Shown: piece by piece, positions 11,593-23,379 of the stretch | How the letters are laid out: the number at the start of each line of letters is the position of its first letter | Numbering within the stretch: the stretch's first letter is position 1 | Origin: Escherichia coli | GTDB taxonomy: Bacteria; Pseudomonadota; Gammaproteobacteria; Enterobacterales; Enterobacteriaceae | DNA: 64,000 bases | NCBI RefSeq assembly: GCF_003334335.1 | Contig: NZ_QOWQ01000024.1 | Reading direction: 5' to 3' (one strand) | Program-made: the position numbers and the translations under genes | The notes under the pieces: generated by a model | The model's input: only the letters and a program-made list of their open reading frames with translations | Told to the model about the DNA's origin: nothing | Databases searched by the model: none

Positions 11593-12268
11593 TATTCGTG
11601 AAGCACACGCGCGCGGCGAACAGGCAATGTCCGTGGTTCTGCGCGCCAGCATTATTACCCCGGAAGCCCGTGAAGTGGCGGATCTACTGGGTTTTACCAT
11701 CACCGAATGTGATGAATCGATCCCGGTAACGGCGTCCGTGCCCGCCAGCGTGCCAGCCGACAAAACCGAAAGCCAGCGCATCCGCGAAACCATCATTGCC
11801 CAGCTGCCGGAAGGCCAGTTTACCGAAAGCCTGGTCGCACAGCTGATGGAAAAAGTGATGAAGGAAAAACAGTCGCTGGAGCAGGGCGCAATGCAGCCGA
11901 GCTTCAAATCGGTGACCGGCAAAGGCGGCATCAAAGTGATTGATGGCAGTAGCGTCAAGTTTGGTCGTTTCGACGGCGCAGAGCCGCATTGCGTGGGCTT
12001 GACTGATCTTGTGACCGGAGACGACGGCAGCAGCATGGCCGCCGGTTTTATGCAGTGGGAGAACGCATTCTTCCCGTGGACCCTGAACTACGACGAAATC
12101 GACATGGTGCTGGAAGGGGAGCTGCATGTTCGCCACGAAGGCCAAACCATGATCGCCAAAGCAGGCGACGTGATGTTTATCCCGAAAGGCTCCAGCATCG
12201 AATTTGGTACGACATCCAGCGTGAAATTCCTGTATGTCGCCTGGCCGGCTAACTGGCAATCCCTATGA
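11567..12268 (+). CDS. eutQ: EutQ (cupin-fold acetate kinase)
   Basis: 233 aa from GTG 11567; overlaps eutP by 26 nt. Confidence 0.9.
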   Translation: MKKLITANDIREAHARGEQAMSVVLRASIITPEAREVADLLGFTITECDESIPVTASVPASVPADKTESQRIRETIIAQLPEGQFTESLVAQLMEKVMKEKQSLEQGAMQPSFKSVTGKGGIKVIDGSSVKFGRFDGAEPHCVGLTDLVTGDDGSSMAAGFMQWENAFFPWTLNYDEIDMVLEGELHVRHEGQTMIAKAGDVMFIPKGSSIEFGTTSSVKFLYVAWPANWQSL

Positions 12269-13068
12269 AAGATTTCATCACCGAAGCATGGCTAAGAGCG
12301 AACCATACGCTCAGCGAAGGCGCAGAGATCCATCTCCCTGCGGACAGTCGCCTGACGCCCTCTGCCCGGGAGTTGCTGGAAAGCCGCCATCTGCGCATCA
12401 AGTTTATTGACGAGCAGGGCCGCCTGTTTGTTGACGATGAACAGCAGCAGCCGCAGCCCGTTCATGGGCTGACCAGTAGCGATGAACATCCGCAGGCGTG
12501 CTGCGAACTGTGTCGCCAGCCGGTGGCAAAAAAGCCGGATACGCTGACTCACCTGTCGGCGGAAAAAATGGTCGCCAAAAGCGATCCGCGTCTGGGTTTT
12601 CGCGCGGTTCTCGACAGCACCATTGCGCTGGCAGTGTGGCTGCAAATTGAACTGGCGGAACCGTGGCAGCCGTGGCTGGCGGATATCCGTTCGCGTCTTG
12701 GCAACATTATGCGCGCCGATGCGCTGGGGGAACCGCTGGGCTGCCAGGCGATTGTCGGGCTTTCTGACGAAGATCTGCATCGGCTTTCTCATCAGCCGCT
12801 GCGCTATCTCGACCACGATCATCTGGTGCCGGAAGCCAGCCACGGGCGCGATGCTGCGTTGCTCAATCTGCTACGCACCAAAGTGCGGGAAACCGAAACC
12901 GTAGCGGCGCAGGTCTTTATCACCCGCAGCTTTGAAGTATTACGCCCGGACATTTTGCAGGCGCTGAACCGCCTTTCGAGCACGGTCTACGTGATGATGA
13001 TCCTGAGCGTAACGAAGCAGCCGCTAACGGTGAAGCAGATCCAACAACGACTGGGGGAAACGCAATGA
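12265..13068 (+). CDS. eutT: ethanolamine corrinoid adenosyltransferase EutT
   Basis: 267 aa; ATGA overlap with eutQ stop. Confidence 0.9.
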
Positions 13069-14081
13069 TTATTGAACGTTGTCGTGAACTGGCGTTGCGA
13101 GCGCCCGCCAGAGTGGTTTTTCCGGATGCGTTAGACCAACGTGTGCTGAAAGCCGCGCAATATTTACATCAACAAGGTCTGGCAACGCCCATTCTGGTCG
13201 CCAATCCGTTTGAACTTCGTCAGTTTGCGCTCAGTCACGGCGTGGCGATGGACGGGCTACAGGTGATTGATCCGCATGGCAACCTCGCAATGCGGGAAGA
13301 ATTTGCTCATCGCTGGCTGGCCCGCGCGGGCGAAAAAACGCCGCCGGATGCGCTGGAAAAACTTACCGACCCTCTGATGTTCGCCGCAGCAATGGTCAGC
13401 GCCGGTAAAGCGGATGTCTGTATCGCGGGCAACCTCTCTTCCACGGCAAATGTGCTGCGTGCCGGATTACGCATTATCGGCTTGCAGCCAGGCTGTAAAA
13501 CGCTCTCTTCCATTTTCCTGATGTTGCCACAGTACAGCGGCCCGGCGTTGGGCTTTGCCGATTGCAGCGTGGTGCCACAGCCGACGGCGGCGCAGCTGGC
13601 GGATATCGCGCTTGCCAGTGCCGAAACCTGGCGCGCCATCACCGGAGAAGAGCCGCGCGTGGCGATGCTGTCGTTTTCCAGCAATGGTAGCGCCCGTCAC
13701 CCCTGTGTTGCTAACGTCCAGCAGGCGACAGAAATCGTCCGTGAGCGCGCACCAAAGCTGGTGGTGGATGGCGAGTTACAGTTTGACGCCGCCTTCGTGC
13801 CGGAAGTGGCGGCGCAAAAAGCGCCTGCCAGCCCGCTACAGGGCAAGGCCAATGTGATGGTTTTTCCGTCGCTGGAAGCCGGAAATATTGGTTACAAAAT
13901 CGCACAACGACTCGGCGGATATCGTGCCGTCGGGCCACTGATACAAGGACTTGCCGCGCCGATGCACGATCTCTCTCGTGGTTGTAGCGTGCAGGAAATT
14001 ATCGAGCTGGCGCTGGTGGCAGCTGTGCCGCGTCAGACAGAAGTGAACCGCGAAAGCAGTTTACAAACACTGGTTGAATGA
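13065..14081 (+). CDS. eutD: phosphotransacetylase EutD
   Basis: 338 aa, Pta-like; 4-nt overlap with eutT. Confidence 0.9.
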
Positions 14082-14119
14082 ACGGTCCCGTTCTGGACCC
14101 TGATAAAGAGGAAAGCACA

Positions 14120-14413
14120 ATGGAAGCATTAGGAATGATCGAAACCCGGGGCCTGGTTGCACTGATTGAGGCTTCTGACGCGATGGTGAAAGCTGCGCGC
14201 GTCAAGCTGGTTGGTGTTAAGCAGATTGGCGGCGGCCTGTGTACTGCCATGGTTCGTGGTGATGTTGCAGCCTGTAAAGCCGCGACCGATGCAGGTGCCG
14301 CAGCGGCACAGCGTATCGGCGAGCTGGTATCTGTACACGTTATCCCGCGTCCGCACGGCGACCTGGAAGAAGTCTTCCCGATCGGCCTGAAAGGCGATAG
14401 CAGCAACCTGTAA
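14120..14413 (+). CDS. eutM: BMC shell protein EutM
   Basis: 97 aa from ATG 14120 ([28 protein letters not shown]...). Confidence 0.92.
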   Translation: MEALGMIETRGLVALIEASDAMVKAARVKLVGVKQIGGGLCTAMVRGDVAACKAATDAGAAAAQRIGELVSVHVIPRPHGDLEEVFPIGLKGDSSNL

Positions 14414-14519
14414 TCACCCTGTGTGACGTCGATTCGGGCGTCACGCTCTCTCCTTTTTCATTTTACCTTCTGCGGAGGGTAGGGGGAGCTTTTACCTGAA
14501 ATACGCCACGGAGGCGGGT

Positions 14520-14807
14520 ATGAAACTGGCAGTCGTCACTGGACAAATTGTTTGTACCGTACGCCATCACGGACTGGCGCATGACAAATTGCTGATGGTG
14601 GAAATGATTGATCCACAAGGTAATCCTGACGGGCAATGCGCCGTCGCCATCGACAATATTGGCGCGGGAACCGGGGAGTGGGTGTTACTGGTGAGTGGCA
14701 GTTCCGCCCGCCAGGCGCATAAAAGCGAAACGTCACCGGTCGATCTGTGCGTGATTGGCATTGTCGATGAGGTGGTGTCTGGCGGTCAGGTAATTTTCCA
14801 CAAATAA
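14520..14807 (+). CDS. eutN: BMC vertex protein EutN
   Basis: 95 aa MKLAVVTGQIVCTVRHHGLAHDKLLMV... Confidence 0.9.
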   Translation: MKLAVVTGQIVCTVRHHGLAHDKLLMVEMIDPQGNPDGQCAVAIDNIGAGTGEWVLLVSGSSARQAHKSETSPVDLCVIGIVDEVVSGGQVIFHK

Positions 14808-14818
14808 GGCAGAACATC

Positions 14819-16222
14819 ATGAATCAACAGGATATTGAACAGGTGGTGAAAGCGGTACTGCTGAAAATGCAAAGCAGTGACACGCCGTCCGCCGCCGTTC
14901 ATGAGATGGGCGTTTTCGCGTCCCTGGATGACGCCGTTGCGGCAGCCAAAGTCGCCCAGCAAGGGTTAAAAAGCGTGGCAATGCGCCAGTTAGCCATTGC
15001 TGCCATTCGTGAAGCAGGCGAAAAACACGCCAGAGATTTAGCGGAACTTGCCGTCAGTGAAACCGGCATGGGGCGCGTTGAAGATAAATTTGCAAAAAAC
15101 GTCGCTCAGGCGCGCGGCACACCAGGCGTTGAGTGCCTCTCTCCGCAAGTGCTGACTGGCGACAACGGCCTGACCCTAATTGAAAACGCACCCTGGGGCG
15201 TGGTGGCTTCGGTGACGCCTTCCACTAACCCGGCGGCAACCGTAATTAACAACGCCATCAGCCTGATTGCCGCGGGCAACAGCGTCATTTTTGCCCCGCA
15301 TCCGGCGGCGAAAAAAGTCTCCCAGCGGGCGATTACGCTGCTCAACCAGGCGATTGTTGCCGCAGGTGGGCCGGAAAACTTACTGGTTACTGTGGCAAAT
15401 CCGGATATCGAAACCGCGCAACGCTTGTTCAAGTTTCCGGGTATCGGCCTGCTGGTGGTAACCGGCGGCGAAGCGGTAGTAGAAGCGGCGCGTAAACACA
15501 CCAATAAACGTCTGATTGCCGCAGGCGCTGGCAACCCGCCGGTAGTGGTGGATGAAACCGCCGACCTCGCCCGTGCCGCTCAGTCCATCGTCAAAGGCGC
15601 TTCTTTCGATAACAACATCATTTGTGCCGACGAAAAGGTACTGATTGTTGTTGATAGCGTAGCCGATGAACTGATGCGTCTGATGGAAGGCCAGCACGCG
15701 GTGAAACTGACCGCAGAACAGGCGCAGCAGCTGCAACCGGTGTTGCTGAAAAATATCGACGAGCGCGGAAAAGGCACCGTCAGCCGTGACTGGGTTGGTC
15801 GCGACGCAGGCAAAATCGCGGCGGCAATCGGCCTTAAAGTTCCGCAAGAAACGCGCCTGCTGTTTGTGGAAACCACCGCAGAACATCCGTTTGCCGTGAC
15901 TGAACTGATGATGCCGGTGTTGCCCGTCGTGCGCGTCGCCAACGTGGCGGATGCCATTGCGCTAGCGGTGAAACTGGAAGGCGGTTGCCACCACACGGCG
16001 GCAATGCACTCGCGCAACATCGAAAACATGAACCAGATGGCGAATGCTATTGATACCAGCATTTTCGTTAAGAACGGACCGTGCATTGCCGGGCTGGGGC
16101 TGGGCGGGGAAGGCTGGACCACCATGACCATCACCACGCCAACCGGTGAAGGGGTAACCAGCGCGCGTACGTTTGTCCGTCTGCGTCGCTGTGTATTAGT
16201 CGATGCGTTTCGCATTGTTTAA
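14819..16222 (+). CDS. eutE: CoA-acylating acetaldehyde dehydrogenase EutE
   Basis: 467 aa aldehyde dehydrogenase fold. Confidence 0.92.
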   Translation: MNQQDIEQVVKAVLLKMQSSDTPSAAVHEMGVFASLDDAVAAAKVAQQGLKSVAMRQLAIAAIREAGEKHARDLAELAVSETGMGRVEDKFAKNVAQARGTPGVECLSPQVLTGDNGLTLIENAPWGVVASVTPSTNPAATVINNAISLIAAGNSVIFAPHPAAKKVSQRAITLLNQAIVAAGGPENLLVTVANPDIETAQRLFKFPGIGLLVVTGGEAVVEAARKHTNKRLIAAGAGNPPVVVDETADLARAAQSIVKGASFDNNIICADEKVLIVVDSVADELMRLMEGQHAVKLTAEQAQQLQPVLLKNIDERGKGTVSRDWVGRDAGKIAAAIGLKVPQETRLLFVETTAEHPFAVTELMMPVLPVVRVANVADAIALAVKLEGGCHHTAAMHSRNIENMNQMANAIDTSIFVKNGPCIAGLGLGGEGWTTMTITTPTGEGVTSARTFVRLRRCVLVDAFRIV

Positions 16223-16232
16223 GGAGTAACAG

Positions 16233-17069
16233 ATGGCGCACGACGAACAATGGCTCACCCCACGTCTGCAAACGGCGGCAACGCTGTGTAACCAGACGCC
16301 CGCCGCGACGGAATCTCCGCTGTGGCTGGGGGTGGATCTGGGCACCTGCGATGTGGTGTCGATGGTTGTCGACCGCGACGGTCAGCCAGTGGCGGTATGC
16401 CTCGACTGGGCCGATGTGGTTCGCGACGGCATCGTCTGGGATTTCTTCGGCGCTGTCACCATTGTTCGTCGCCATCTCGACACGCTCGAGCAGCAATTCG
16501 GTCGTCGTTTTAGCCATGCGGCGACTTCATTTCCTCCAGGTACGGACCCGCGTATTTCCATCAACGTGCTGGAATCTGCCGGACTGGAAGTGAGCCATGT
16601 GCTGGATGAGCCAACCGCAGTTGCGGATCTGCTGCAACTGGACAACGCCGGTGTAGTGGATATCGGCGGCGGCACTACCGGCATTGCCATCGTGAAAAAG
16701 GGCAAGGTGACGTACTCGGCGGATGAAGCCACCGGCGGACATCACATCTCTCTGACTCTCGCCGGAAATCGCCGTATTTCGCTGGAAGAGGCGGAGCAGT
16801 ACAAGCGCGGTCACGGTGAAGAGATTTGGCCTGCGGTGAAACCGGTGTACGAAAAAATGGCGGACATTGTCGCCCGGCATATTGAAGGGCAGGGCATTAC
16901 TGATTTATGGCTGGCGGGCGGCTCTTGTATGCAACCGGGCGTGGCGGAACTGTTTCGCAAACAATTCCCGGCGTTACAGGTGCATTTACCGCAGCACAGT
17001 TTGTTTATGACCCCGCTGGCGATCGCCAGTAGTGGGCGAGAGAAAGCGGAGGGGCTATATGCAAAATGA
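16233..17069 (+). CDS. eutJ: EutJ (actin/Hsp70-fold chaperone-like protein)
   Basis: 278 aa; DIGGGTTG ATPase motif. Confidence 0.9.
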   Translation: MAHDEQWLTPRLQTAATLCNQTPAATESPLWLGVDLGTCDVVSMVVDRDGQPVAVCLDWADVVRDGIVWDFFGAVTIVRRHLDTLEQQFGRRFSHAATSFPPGTDPRISINVLESAGLEVSHVLDEPTAVADLLQLDNAGVVDIGGGTTGIAIVKKGKVTYSADEATGGHHISLTLAGNRRISLEEAEQYKRGHGEEIWPAVKPVYEKMADIVARHIEGQGITDLWLAGGSCMQPGVAELFRKQFPALQVHLPQHSLFMTPLAIASSGREKAEGLYAK

Positions 17070-18246
17070 ATTGCAGACCGCGCTCTTTCAGGCGTTCGAT
17101 ACCCTGAATCTGCAACGGGTAAAAACATTTAGCGTTCCACCGGTGACGCTTTGCGGTCCGGGCTCGGTGAGCAGTTGCGGACAGCAAGCGCAAACGCGTG
17201 GGCTGAAACATCTGTTCGTGATGGCAGACAGCTTTTTGCATCAGGCAGGGATGACCGCCGGGCTGACGCGTAGCCTGACCGTTAAAGGTATCGCCATGAC
17301 GCTCTGGCCATGTCCGGTGGGCGAACCGTGCATTACCGACGTGTGTGCAGCCGTGGCGCAGTTGCGTGAGTCAGGCTGTGATGGGGTGATCGCGTTTGGC
17401 GGCGGCTCGGTGCTGGATGCGGCGAAAGCCGTGACGTTGCTGGTGACGAACCCGGATAGCACGCTGGCAGAGATGTCAGAAACCAGCGTTCTGCAACCGC
17501 GCTTGCCGCTAATTGCCATTCCAACTACCGCCGGAACCGGCTCTGAAACCACCAATGTAACGGTGATTATCGACGCGGTGAGCGGGCGCAAGCAGGTGTT
17601 AGCCCATGCCTCGCTGATGCCGGATGTGGCGATCCTCGACGCCGCATTGACCGAAGGTGTGCCGTCGCATGTCACGGCGATGACCGGCATTGATGCGTTA
17701 ACCCATGCCATTGAAGCATACAGCGCCCTGAACGCTACACCGTTTACCGACAGTCTGGCGATTGGTGCCATTGCGATGATTGGCAAATCGCTGCCGAAAG
17801 CGGTGGGCTACGGTCACGACCTTGCCGCGCGCGAGAGCATGTTGCTGGCTTCATGTATGGCGGGAATGGCGTTTTCCAGTGCGGGTCTTGGGTTGTGCCA
17901 CGCGATGGCGCATCAGCCGGGCGCGGCGCTGCATATTCCGCACGGTCTCGCGAACGCCATGTTGCTGCCAACGGTGATGGAATTTAACCGGATGGTTTGT
18001 CGTGAACGCTTTAGTCAGATTGGTCGGGCACTGCGAACTAAAAAATCCGACGATCGTGACGCTATTAACGCGGTAAGTGAGCTGATTGCGGAAGTTGGGA
18101 TTGGTAAACGACTGGGCGATGTTGGTGCGACATCTGCGCATTACGGCGCATGGGCGCAGGCCGCGCTGGAAGATATTTGTCTGCGCAGTAACCCGCGTAC
18201 CGCCAGCCTGGAGCAGATTGTCGGCCTGTACGCAGCGGCGCAATAA
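17059..18246 (+). CDS. eutG: iron-containing alcohol dehydrogenase EutG
   Basis: 395 aa from ATG 17059 (MQNELQTALFQAFDTL...); overlaps eutJ end. Confidence 0.9.
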   Translation: MQNELQTALFQAFDTLNLQRVKTFSVPPVTLCGPGSVSSCGQQAQTRGLKHLFVMADSFLHQAGMTAGLTRSLTVKGIAMTLWPCPVGEPCITDVCAAVAQLRESGCDGVIAFGGGSVLDAAKAVTLLVTNPDSTLAEMSETSVLQPRLPLIAIPTTAGTGSETTNVTVIIDAVSGRKQVLAHASLMPDVAILDAALTEGVPSHVTAMTGIDALTHAIEAYSALNATPFTDSLAIGAIAMIGKSLPKAVGYGHDLAARESMLLASCMAGMAFSSAGLGLCHAMAHQPGAALHIPHGLANAMLLPTVMEFNRMVCRERFSQIGRALRTKKSDDRDAINAVSELIAEVGIGKRLGDVGATSAHYGAWAQAALEDICLRSNPRTASLEQIVGLYAAAQ

Positions 18247-18248
18247 AT

Positions 18249-18432
<184 letters not shown>

Positions 18433-18462
18433 ATAAATAACAACTAACAGGGAGTAAAGGCG

Positions 18463-19689
18463 ATGGGAATTAACGAAATCATCATGTACATCATGATGTT
18501 CTTTATGCTGATAGCTGCCGTAGACAGGATCCTGTCGCAGTTCGGCGGTTCTGCTCGTTTCCTCGGTAAGTTCGGTAAAAGTATCGAAGGATCAGGCGGT
18601 CAGTTCGAAGAAGGCTTTATGGCAATGGGCGCACTGGGCCTGGCGATGGTCGGTATGACCGCGCTGGCACCGGTACTGGCTCACGTTCTCGGGCCGGTAA
18701 TTATTCCGGTTTACGAAATGCTCGGCGCTAACCCATCGATGTTCGCCGGAACACTGCTGGCGTGCGATATGGGCGGCTTCTTCCTCGCCAAAGAGCTGGC
18801 GGGCGGCGACGTAGCCGCGTGGCTATACTCTGGGTTAATTCTCGGGTCGATGATGGGGCCAACGATTGTGTTTTCCATTCCGGTGGCGCTCGGCATTATC
18901 GAACCTTCTGACCGTCGTTATCTGGCGCTCGGCGTGCTGGCGGGCATTGTGACCATTCCGATTGGTTGTATCGCTGGTGGTCTGGTTGCTATGTACTCCG
19001 GTGTGCAGATCAACGGCCAGCCGGTGGAATTCACTTTCGCCCTGATCCTGATGAACATGATCCCGGTGATCATTGTTGCGATTCTGGTGGCGCTGGGGCT
19101 GAAATTCATCCCGGAAAAAATGATCAACGGCTTCCAGATCTTCGCCAAATTCCTCGTTGCATTGATCACCCTCGGTCTTGCCGCTGCGGTAGTGAAATTC
19201 CTGCTTGGCTGGGAACTGATCCCCGGTCTGGATCCTATCTTTATGGCCCCTGGCGATAAACCCGGTGAGGTGATGCGCGCCATTGAAGTTATCGGTTCTA
19301 TCTCCTGCGTTCTGTTAGGGGCGTATCCGATGGTGCTGCTGCTGACTCGCTGGTTTGAAAAACCGCTGATGAGCGTCGGTAAAGTACTGAATATGAACAA
19401 CATCGCGGCAGCCGGCATGGTGGCAACGCTTGCCAACAACATCCCGATGTTCGGCATGATGAAGCAGATGGATACCCGCGGCAAAGTCATCAACTGCGCC
19501 TTCGCCGTTTCCGCTGCTTTCGCCCTGGGCGACCACTTAGGCTTCGCCGCTGCCAACATGAACGCCATGATCTTCCCGATGATTGTCGGCAAGTTGATCG
19601 GCGGCGTAACGGCGATTGGCGTGGCGATGATGCTGGTGCCAAAAGAAGACGCGACCGCGACTAAAACCGAAGCGGAGGCACAATCGTGA
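18463..19689 (+). CDS. eutH: ethanolamine permease EutH
   Basis: 408-aa polytopic membrane protein. Confidence 0.9.
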   Translation: MGINEIIMYIMMFFMLIAAVDRILSQFGGSARFLGKFGKSIEGSGGQFEEGFMAMGALGLAMVGMTALAPVLAHVLGPVIIPVYEMLGANPSMFAGTLLACDMGGFFLAKELAGGDVAAWLYSGLILGSMMGPTIVFSIPVALGIIEPSDRRYLALGVLAGIVTIPIGCIAGGLVAMYSGVQINGQPVEFTFALILMNMIPVIIVAILVALGLKFIPEKMINGFQIFAKFLVALITLGLAAAVVKFLLGWELIPGLDPIFMAPGDKPGEVMRAIEVIGSISCVLLGAYPMVLLLTRWFEKPLMSVGKVLNMNNIAAAGMVATLANNIPMFGMMKQMDTRGKVINCAFAVSAAFALGDHLGFAAANMNAMIFPMIVGKLIGGVTAIGVAMMLVPKEDATATKTEAEAQS

Positions 19690-21089
19690 ACACTCGCCAG
19701 CTATTGAGCGTCGGTATCGATATCGGCACCACCACCACCCAGGTGATTTTCTCCCGGCTGGAGCTGGTTAACCGTGCGGCGGTGTCGCAGGTGCCGCGCT
19801 ACGAATTCATTAAACGCGAAATTAGCTGGCAAAGTCCGGTGTTCTTTACCCCTGTCGATAAACAGGGCGGTTTAAAAGAAGCGGAACTGAAAACCTTAAT
19901 ACTCGAGCAATATCATGCTGCGGGTATTGAGCCGGAAAGCGTTGATTCTGGTGCCATCATCATCACCGGTGAAAGCGCGAAAACCCGCAATGCTCGCCCG
20001 GCGGTGATGGCGCTCTCTCAGTCGCTGGGCGATTTTGTCGTTGCCAGCGCCGGGCCGCACCTCGAATCCGTGATCGCCGGTCACGGAGCCGGGGCACAAA
20101 CCCTTTCTGAACAACGGCTGTGTCGGGTACTGAATATCGACATCGGCGGTGGCACCGCGAACTACGCCCTGTTCGATGCCGGAAAAATCAGCGGCACTGC
20201 CTGCCTCAACGTCGGTGGTCGCCTGCTGGAAACCGACAGCCACGGGCGCGTGGTTTACGCTCATAAACCGGGGCAGATGATTGTGGATGAGTGCTTCGGT
20301 GCAGGCACCGACGCCCGTTCGCTGACCGGCGCGCAGCTGGTGCAGGTGACCCGGCGGATGGCAGAACTGATTGTCGAAGTGATTGACGGAACGCTCTCAC
20401 CGCTCGCGCAGGCATTGATGCAAACCGGTTTGCTGCCCGCAGGTGTTACGCCCGAAATCATTACGCTTTCTGGCGGCGTGGGCGAATGTTATCGCCACCA
20501 GCCCGCCGACCCGTTCTGTTTTGCCGATATTGGCCCGCTGCTGGCAACTGCGCTGCATGACCATCCGCGCCTGCGTGAGATGAACGTACAGTTTCCGGCG
20601 CAAACCGTGCGCGCCACGGTGATTGGCGCGGGCGCGCATACCCTTTCGCTCTCTGGCAGCACAATCTGGCTTGAGGGCGTACAACTGCCGCTGCGCAATT
20701 TGCCGGTGGCGATCCCGATTGATGAAACGGATCTGGTGGGGGCCTGGCAACAGGCGCTGATTCAGCTGGATCTTGATCCCAAAACTGACGCGTACGTGCT
20801 GGCGCTTCCCGCCTCGCTGCCTGTGCGTTACGCCGCGGTACTGACGGTCATCAACGCGTTGGTCGATTTCGTCGCGCGTTTTCCGAATCCGCATCCCCTG
20901 CTGGTGGTGGCCGGGCAGGACTTTGGTAAAGCTCTGGGCATGTTGTTGCGCCCACAGCTACAACAACTCCCGTTGGCAGTCATTGACGAAGTGATTGTCC
21001 GCGCGGGGGACTATATCGACATTGGTACGCCTCTTTTTGGCGGATCGGTTGTGCCGGTGACGGTGAAATCACTCGCATTTCCTTCCTGA
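19686..21089 (+). CDS. eutA: ethanolamine ammonia-lyase reactivase EutA
   Basis: 467 aa from GTG 19686 overlapping eutH stop. Confidence 0.9.
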   Translation: MNTRQLLSVGIDIGTTTTQVIFSRLELVNRAAVSQVPRYEFIKREISWQSPVFFTPVDKQGGLKEAELKTLILEQYHAAGIEPESVDSGAIIITGESAKTRNARPAVMALSQSLGDFVVASAGPHLESVIAGHGAGAQTLSEQRLCRVLNIDIGGGTANYALFDAGKISGTACLNVGGRLLETDSHGRVVYAHKPGQMIVDECFGAGTDARSLTGAQLVQVTRRMAELIVEVIDGTLSPLAQALMQTGLLPAGVTPEIITLSGGVGECYRHQPADPFCFADIGPLLATALHDHPRLREMNVQFPAQTVRATVIGAGAHTLSLSGSTIWLEGVQLPLRNLPVAIPIDETDLVGAWQQALIQLDLDPKTDAYVLALPASLPVRYAAVLTVINALVDFVARFPNPHPLLVVAGQDFGKALGMLLRPQLQQLPLAVIDEVIVRAGDYIDIGTPLFGGSVVPVTVKSLAFPS

Positions 21090-21100
21090 GGGAACGACTT

Positions 21101-22462
21101 ATGAAACTAAAGACCACATTGTTCGGCAATGTATATCAGTTTAAGGATGTAAAAGAGGTGCTGGCTAAAGCCAACGAACTGCGTTCGGGGGATGTGCTGG
21201 CGGGCGTCGCAGCGGCAAGCTCACAGGAGCGCGTGGCGGCAAAGCAGGTGTTGTCGGAAATGACCGTAGCGGACATCCGCAATAATCCGGTGATTGCCTA
21301 TGAAGATGACTGCGTGACGCGGCTGATTCAGGACGATGTTAACGAAACGGCCTACAACCAGATTAAAAACTGGAGCATCAGCGAACTGCGTGAGTATGTG
21401 CTGAGCGATGAAACCAGCGTGGACGACATTGCCTTTACCCGCAAAGGGCTGACCTCGGAAGTGGTCGCGGCGGTAGCGAAGATTTGCTCCAACGCGGACC
21501 TGATCTACGGCGCGAAGAAAATGCCGGTAATCAAAAAGGCCAATACCACCATCGGTATTCCGGGCACCTTTAGCGCCCGTTTGCAGCCAAATGACACCCG
21601 TGACGACGTGCAAAGTATCGCCGCGCAAATCTACGAAGGGCTTTCCTTCGGGGTGGGCGATGCGGTGATCGGCGTTAACCCGGTGACTGACGACGTGGAA
21701 AACTTAAGCCGCGTGTTGGATACCATCTATGGCGTGATCGACAAATTCAACATCCCAACTCAGGGCTGTGTACTGGCGCACGTCACCACCCAGATCGAAG
21801 CGATCCGTCGTGGCGCACCGGGCGGGCTGATTTTCCAGAGTATCTGTGGCAGCGAAAAAGGGCTGAAAGAGTTTGGCGTGGAGCTGGCGATGCTCGACGA
21901 AGCGCGCGCAGTGGGCGCGGAGTTCAACCGTATCGCCGGGGAAAACTGCCTCTACTTCGAAACCGGACAAGGCTCTGCGCTATCCGCTGGCGCTAACTTC
22001 GGCGCAGACCAGGTAACGATGGAAGCACGTAACTACGGGCTGGCGCGTCATTACGATCCGTTTATCGTCAACACCGTGGTCGGCTTTATTGGGCCGGAGT
22101 ATCTCTACAACGACCGCCAGATTATCCGTGCTGGCTTAGAAGATCACTTTATGGGCAAGCTGAGCGGCATCTCTATGGGCTGTGACTGCTGTTATACCAA
22201 CCACGCTGACGCTGACCAGAACCTCAACGAAAACCTGATGATCCTGCTCGCCACCGCAGGCTGCAACTACATCATGGGGATGCCGCTGGGTGATGACATC
22301 ATGCTCAACTACCAGACCACCGCATTCCACGATACCGCCACTGTGCGTCAGTTACTCAACCTGCGCCCGTCACCGGAGTTTGAACGCTGGCTGGAAAGCA
22401 TGGGCATTATGGCAAACGGTCGCCTGACCAAACGGGCGGGCGATCCGTCACTGTTCTTCTGA
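21101..22462 (+). CDS. eutB: ethanolamine ammonia-lyase large subunit EutB
   Basis: 453 aa; starts 11 nt after eutA stop with nothing inserted between them. Confidence 0.93.
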   Translation: MKLKTTLFGNVYQFKDVKEVLAKANELRSGDVLAGVAAASSQERVAAKQVLSEMTVADIRNNPVIAYEDDCVTRLIQDDVNETAYNQIKNWSISELREYVLSDETSVDDIAFTRKGLTSEVVAAVAKICSNADLIYGAKKMPVIKKANTTIGIPGTFSARLQPNDTRDDVQSIAAQIYEGLSFGVGDAVIGVNPVTDDVENLSRVLDTIYGVIDKFNIPTQGCVLAHVTTQIEAIRRGAPGGLIFQSICGSEKGLKEFGVELAMLDEARAVGAEFNRIAGENCLYFETGQGSALSAGANFGADQVTMEARNYGLARHYDPFIVNTVVGFIGPEYLYNDRQIIRAGLEDHFMGKLSGISMGCDCCYTNHADADQNLNENLMILLATAGCNYIMGMPLGDDIMLNYQTTAFHDTATVRQLLNLRPSPEFERWLESMGIMANGRLTKRAGDPSLFF

Positions 22463-22482
22463 TGACGCGGAGATAACATATC

Positions 22483-23370
22483 ATGGATCAAAAACAGATT
22501 GAAGAAATTGTACGCAGCGTGATGGCGTCAATGGGACAAGCGGCCCCCGCGCCGTCAGAAGCAAAGTGCGCCACCACCAACTGTGCGGCACCGGTGACCT
22601 CGGAAAGCTGTGCGCTGGATTTAGGTTCCGCTGAAGCAAAAGCGTGGATTGGTGTTGAAAATCCGCATCGCGCAGACGTATTAACAGAACTGCGCCGCAG
22701 CACCGTGGCCCGCGTTTGTACCGGTCGTGCCGGTCCGCGTCCACGTACGCAGGCGCTGCTGCGTTTCCTGGCCGATCACTCTCGTTCGAAAGATACCGTA
22801 CTGAAAGAAGTGCCGGAAGAGTGGGTGAAAGCGCAGGGCTTGCTGGAAGTACGCTCTGAAATTAGCGACAAAAATCTCTACCTGACTCGCCCGGATATGG
22901 GCCGCCGCCTGTGTGCAGAAGCTGTTGAAGCGCTGAAAGCGCAGTGTGTTGCCAATCCGGACGTACAGGTCGTTATTTCTGATGGCCTGTCAACTGATGC
23001 GATCACCGTGAACTACGAAGAGATCCTGCCACCGCTGATGGCGGGCCTGAAACAGGCCGGGCTGAAAGTCGGTACACCATTCTTTGTTCGTTATGGTCGC
23101 GTGAAGATTGAAGATCAGATCGGTGAGATCCTCGGCGCGAAAGTAGTGATCCTGCTGGTGGGCGAACGTCCGGGGTTGGGTCAGTCAGAAAGCCTCTCCT
23201 GCTACGCCGTTTACTCGCCGCGTATGGCGACCACCGTTGAGGCCGATCGCACCTGTATCTCTAACATTCACCAGGGCGGCACGCCGCCGGTTGAAGCCGC
23301 AGCCGTCATTGTGGATTTGGCGAAACGTATGCTGGAGCAGAAAGCATCCGGCATCAACATGACCCGATAA
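22483..23370 (+). CDS. eutC: ethanolamine ammonia-lyase small subunit EutC
   Basis: 295 aa. Confidence 0.92.
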
Positions 23371-23379
23371 GGAGGCATC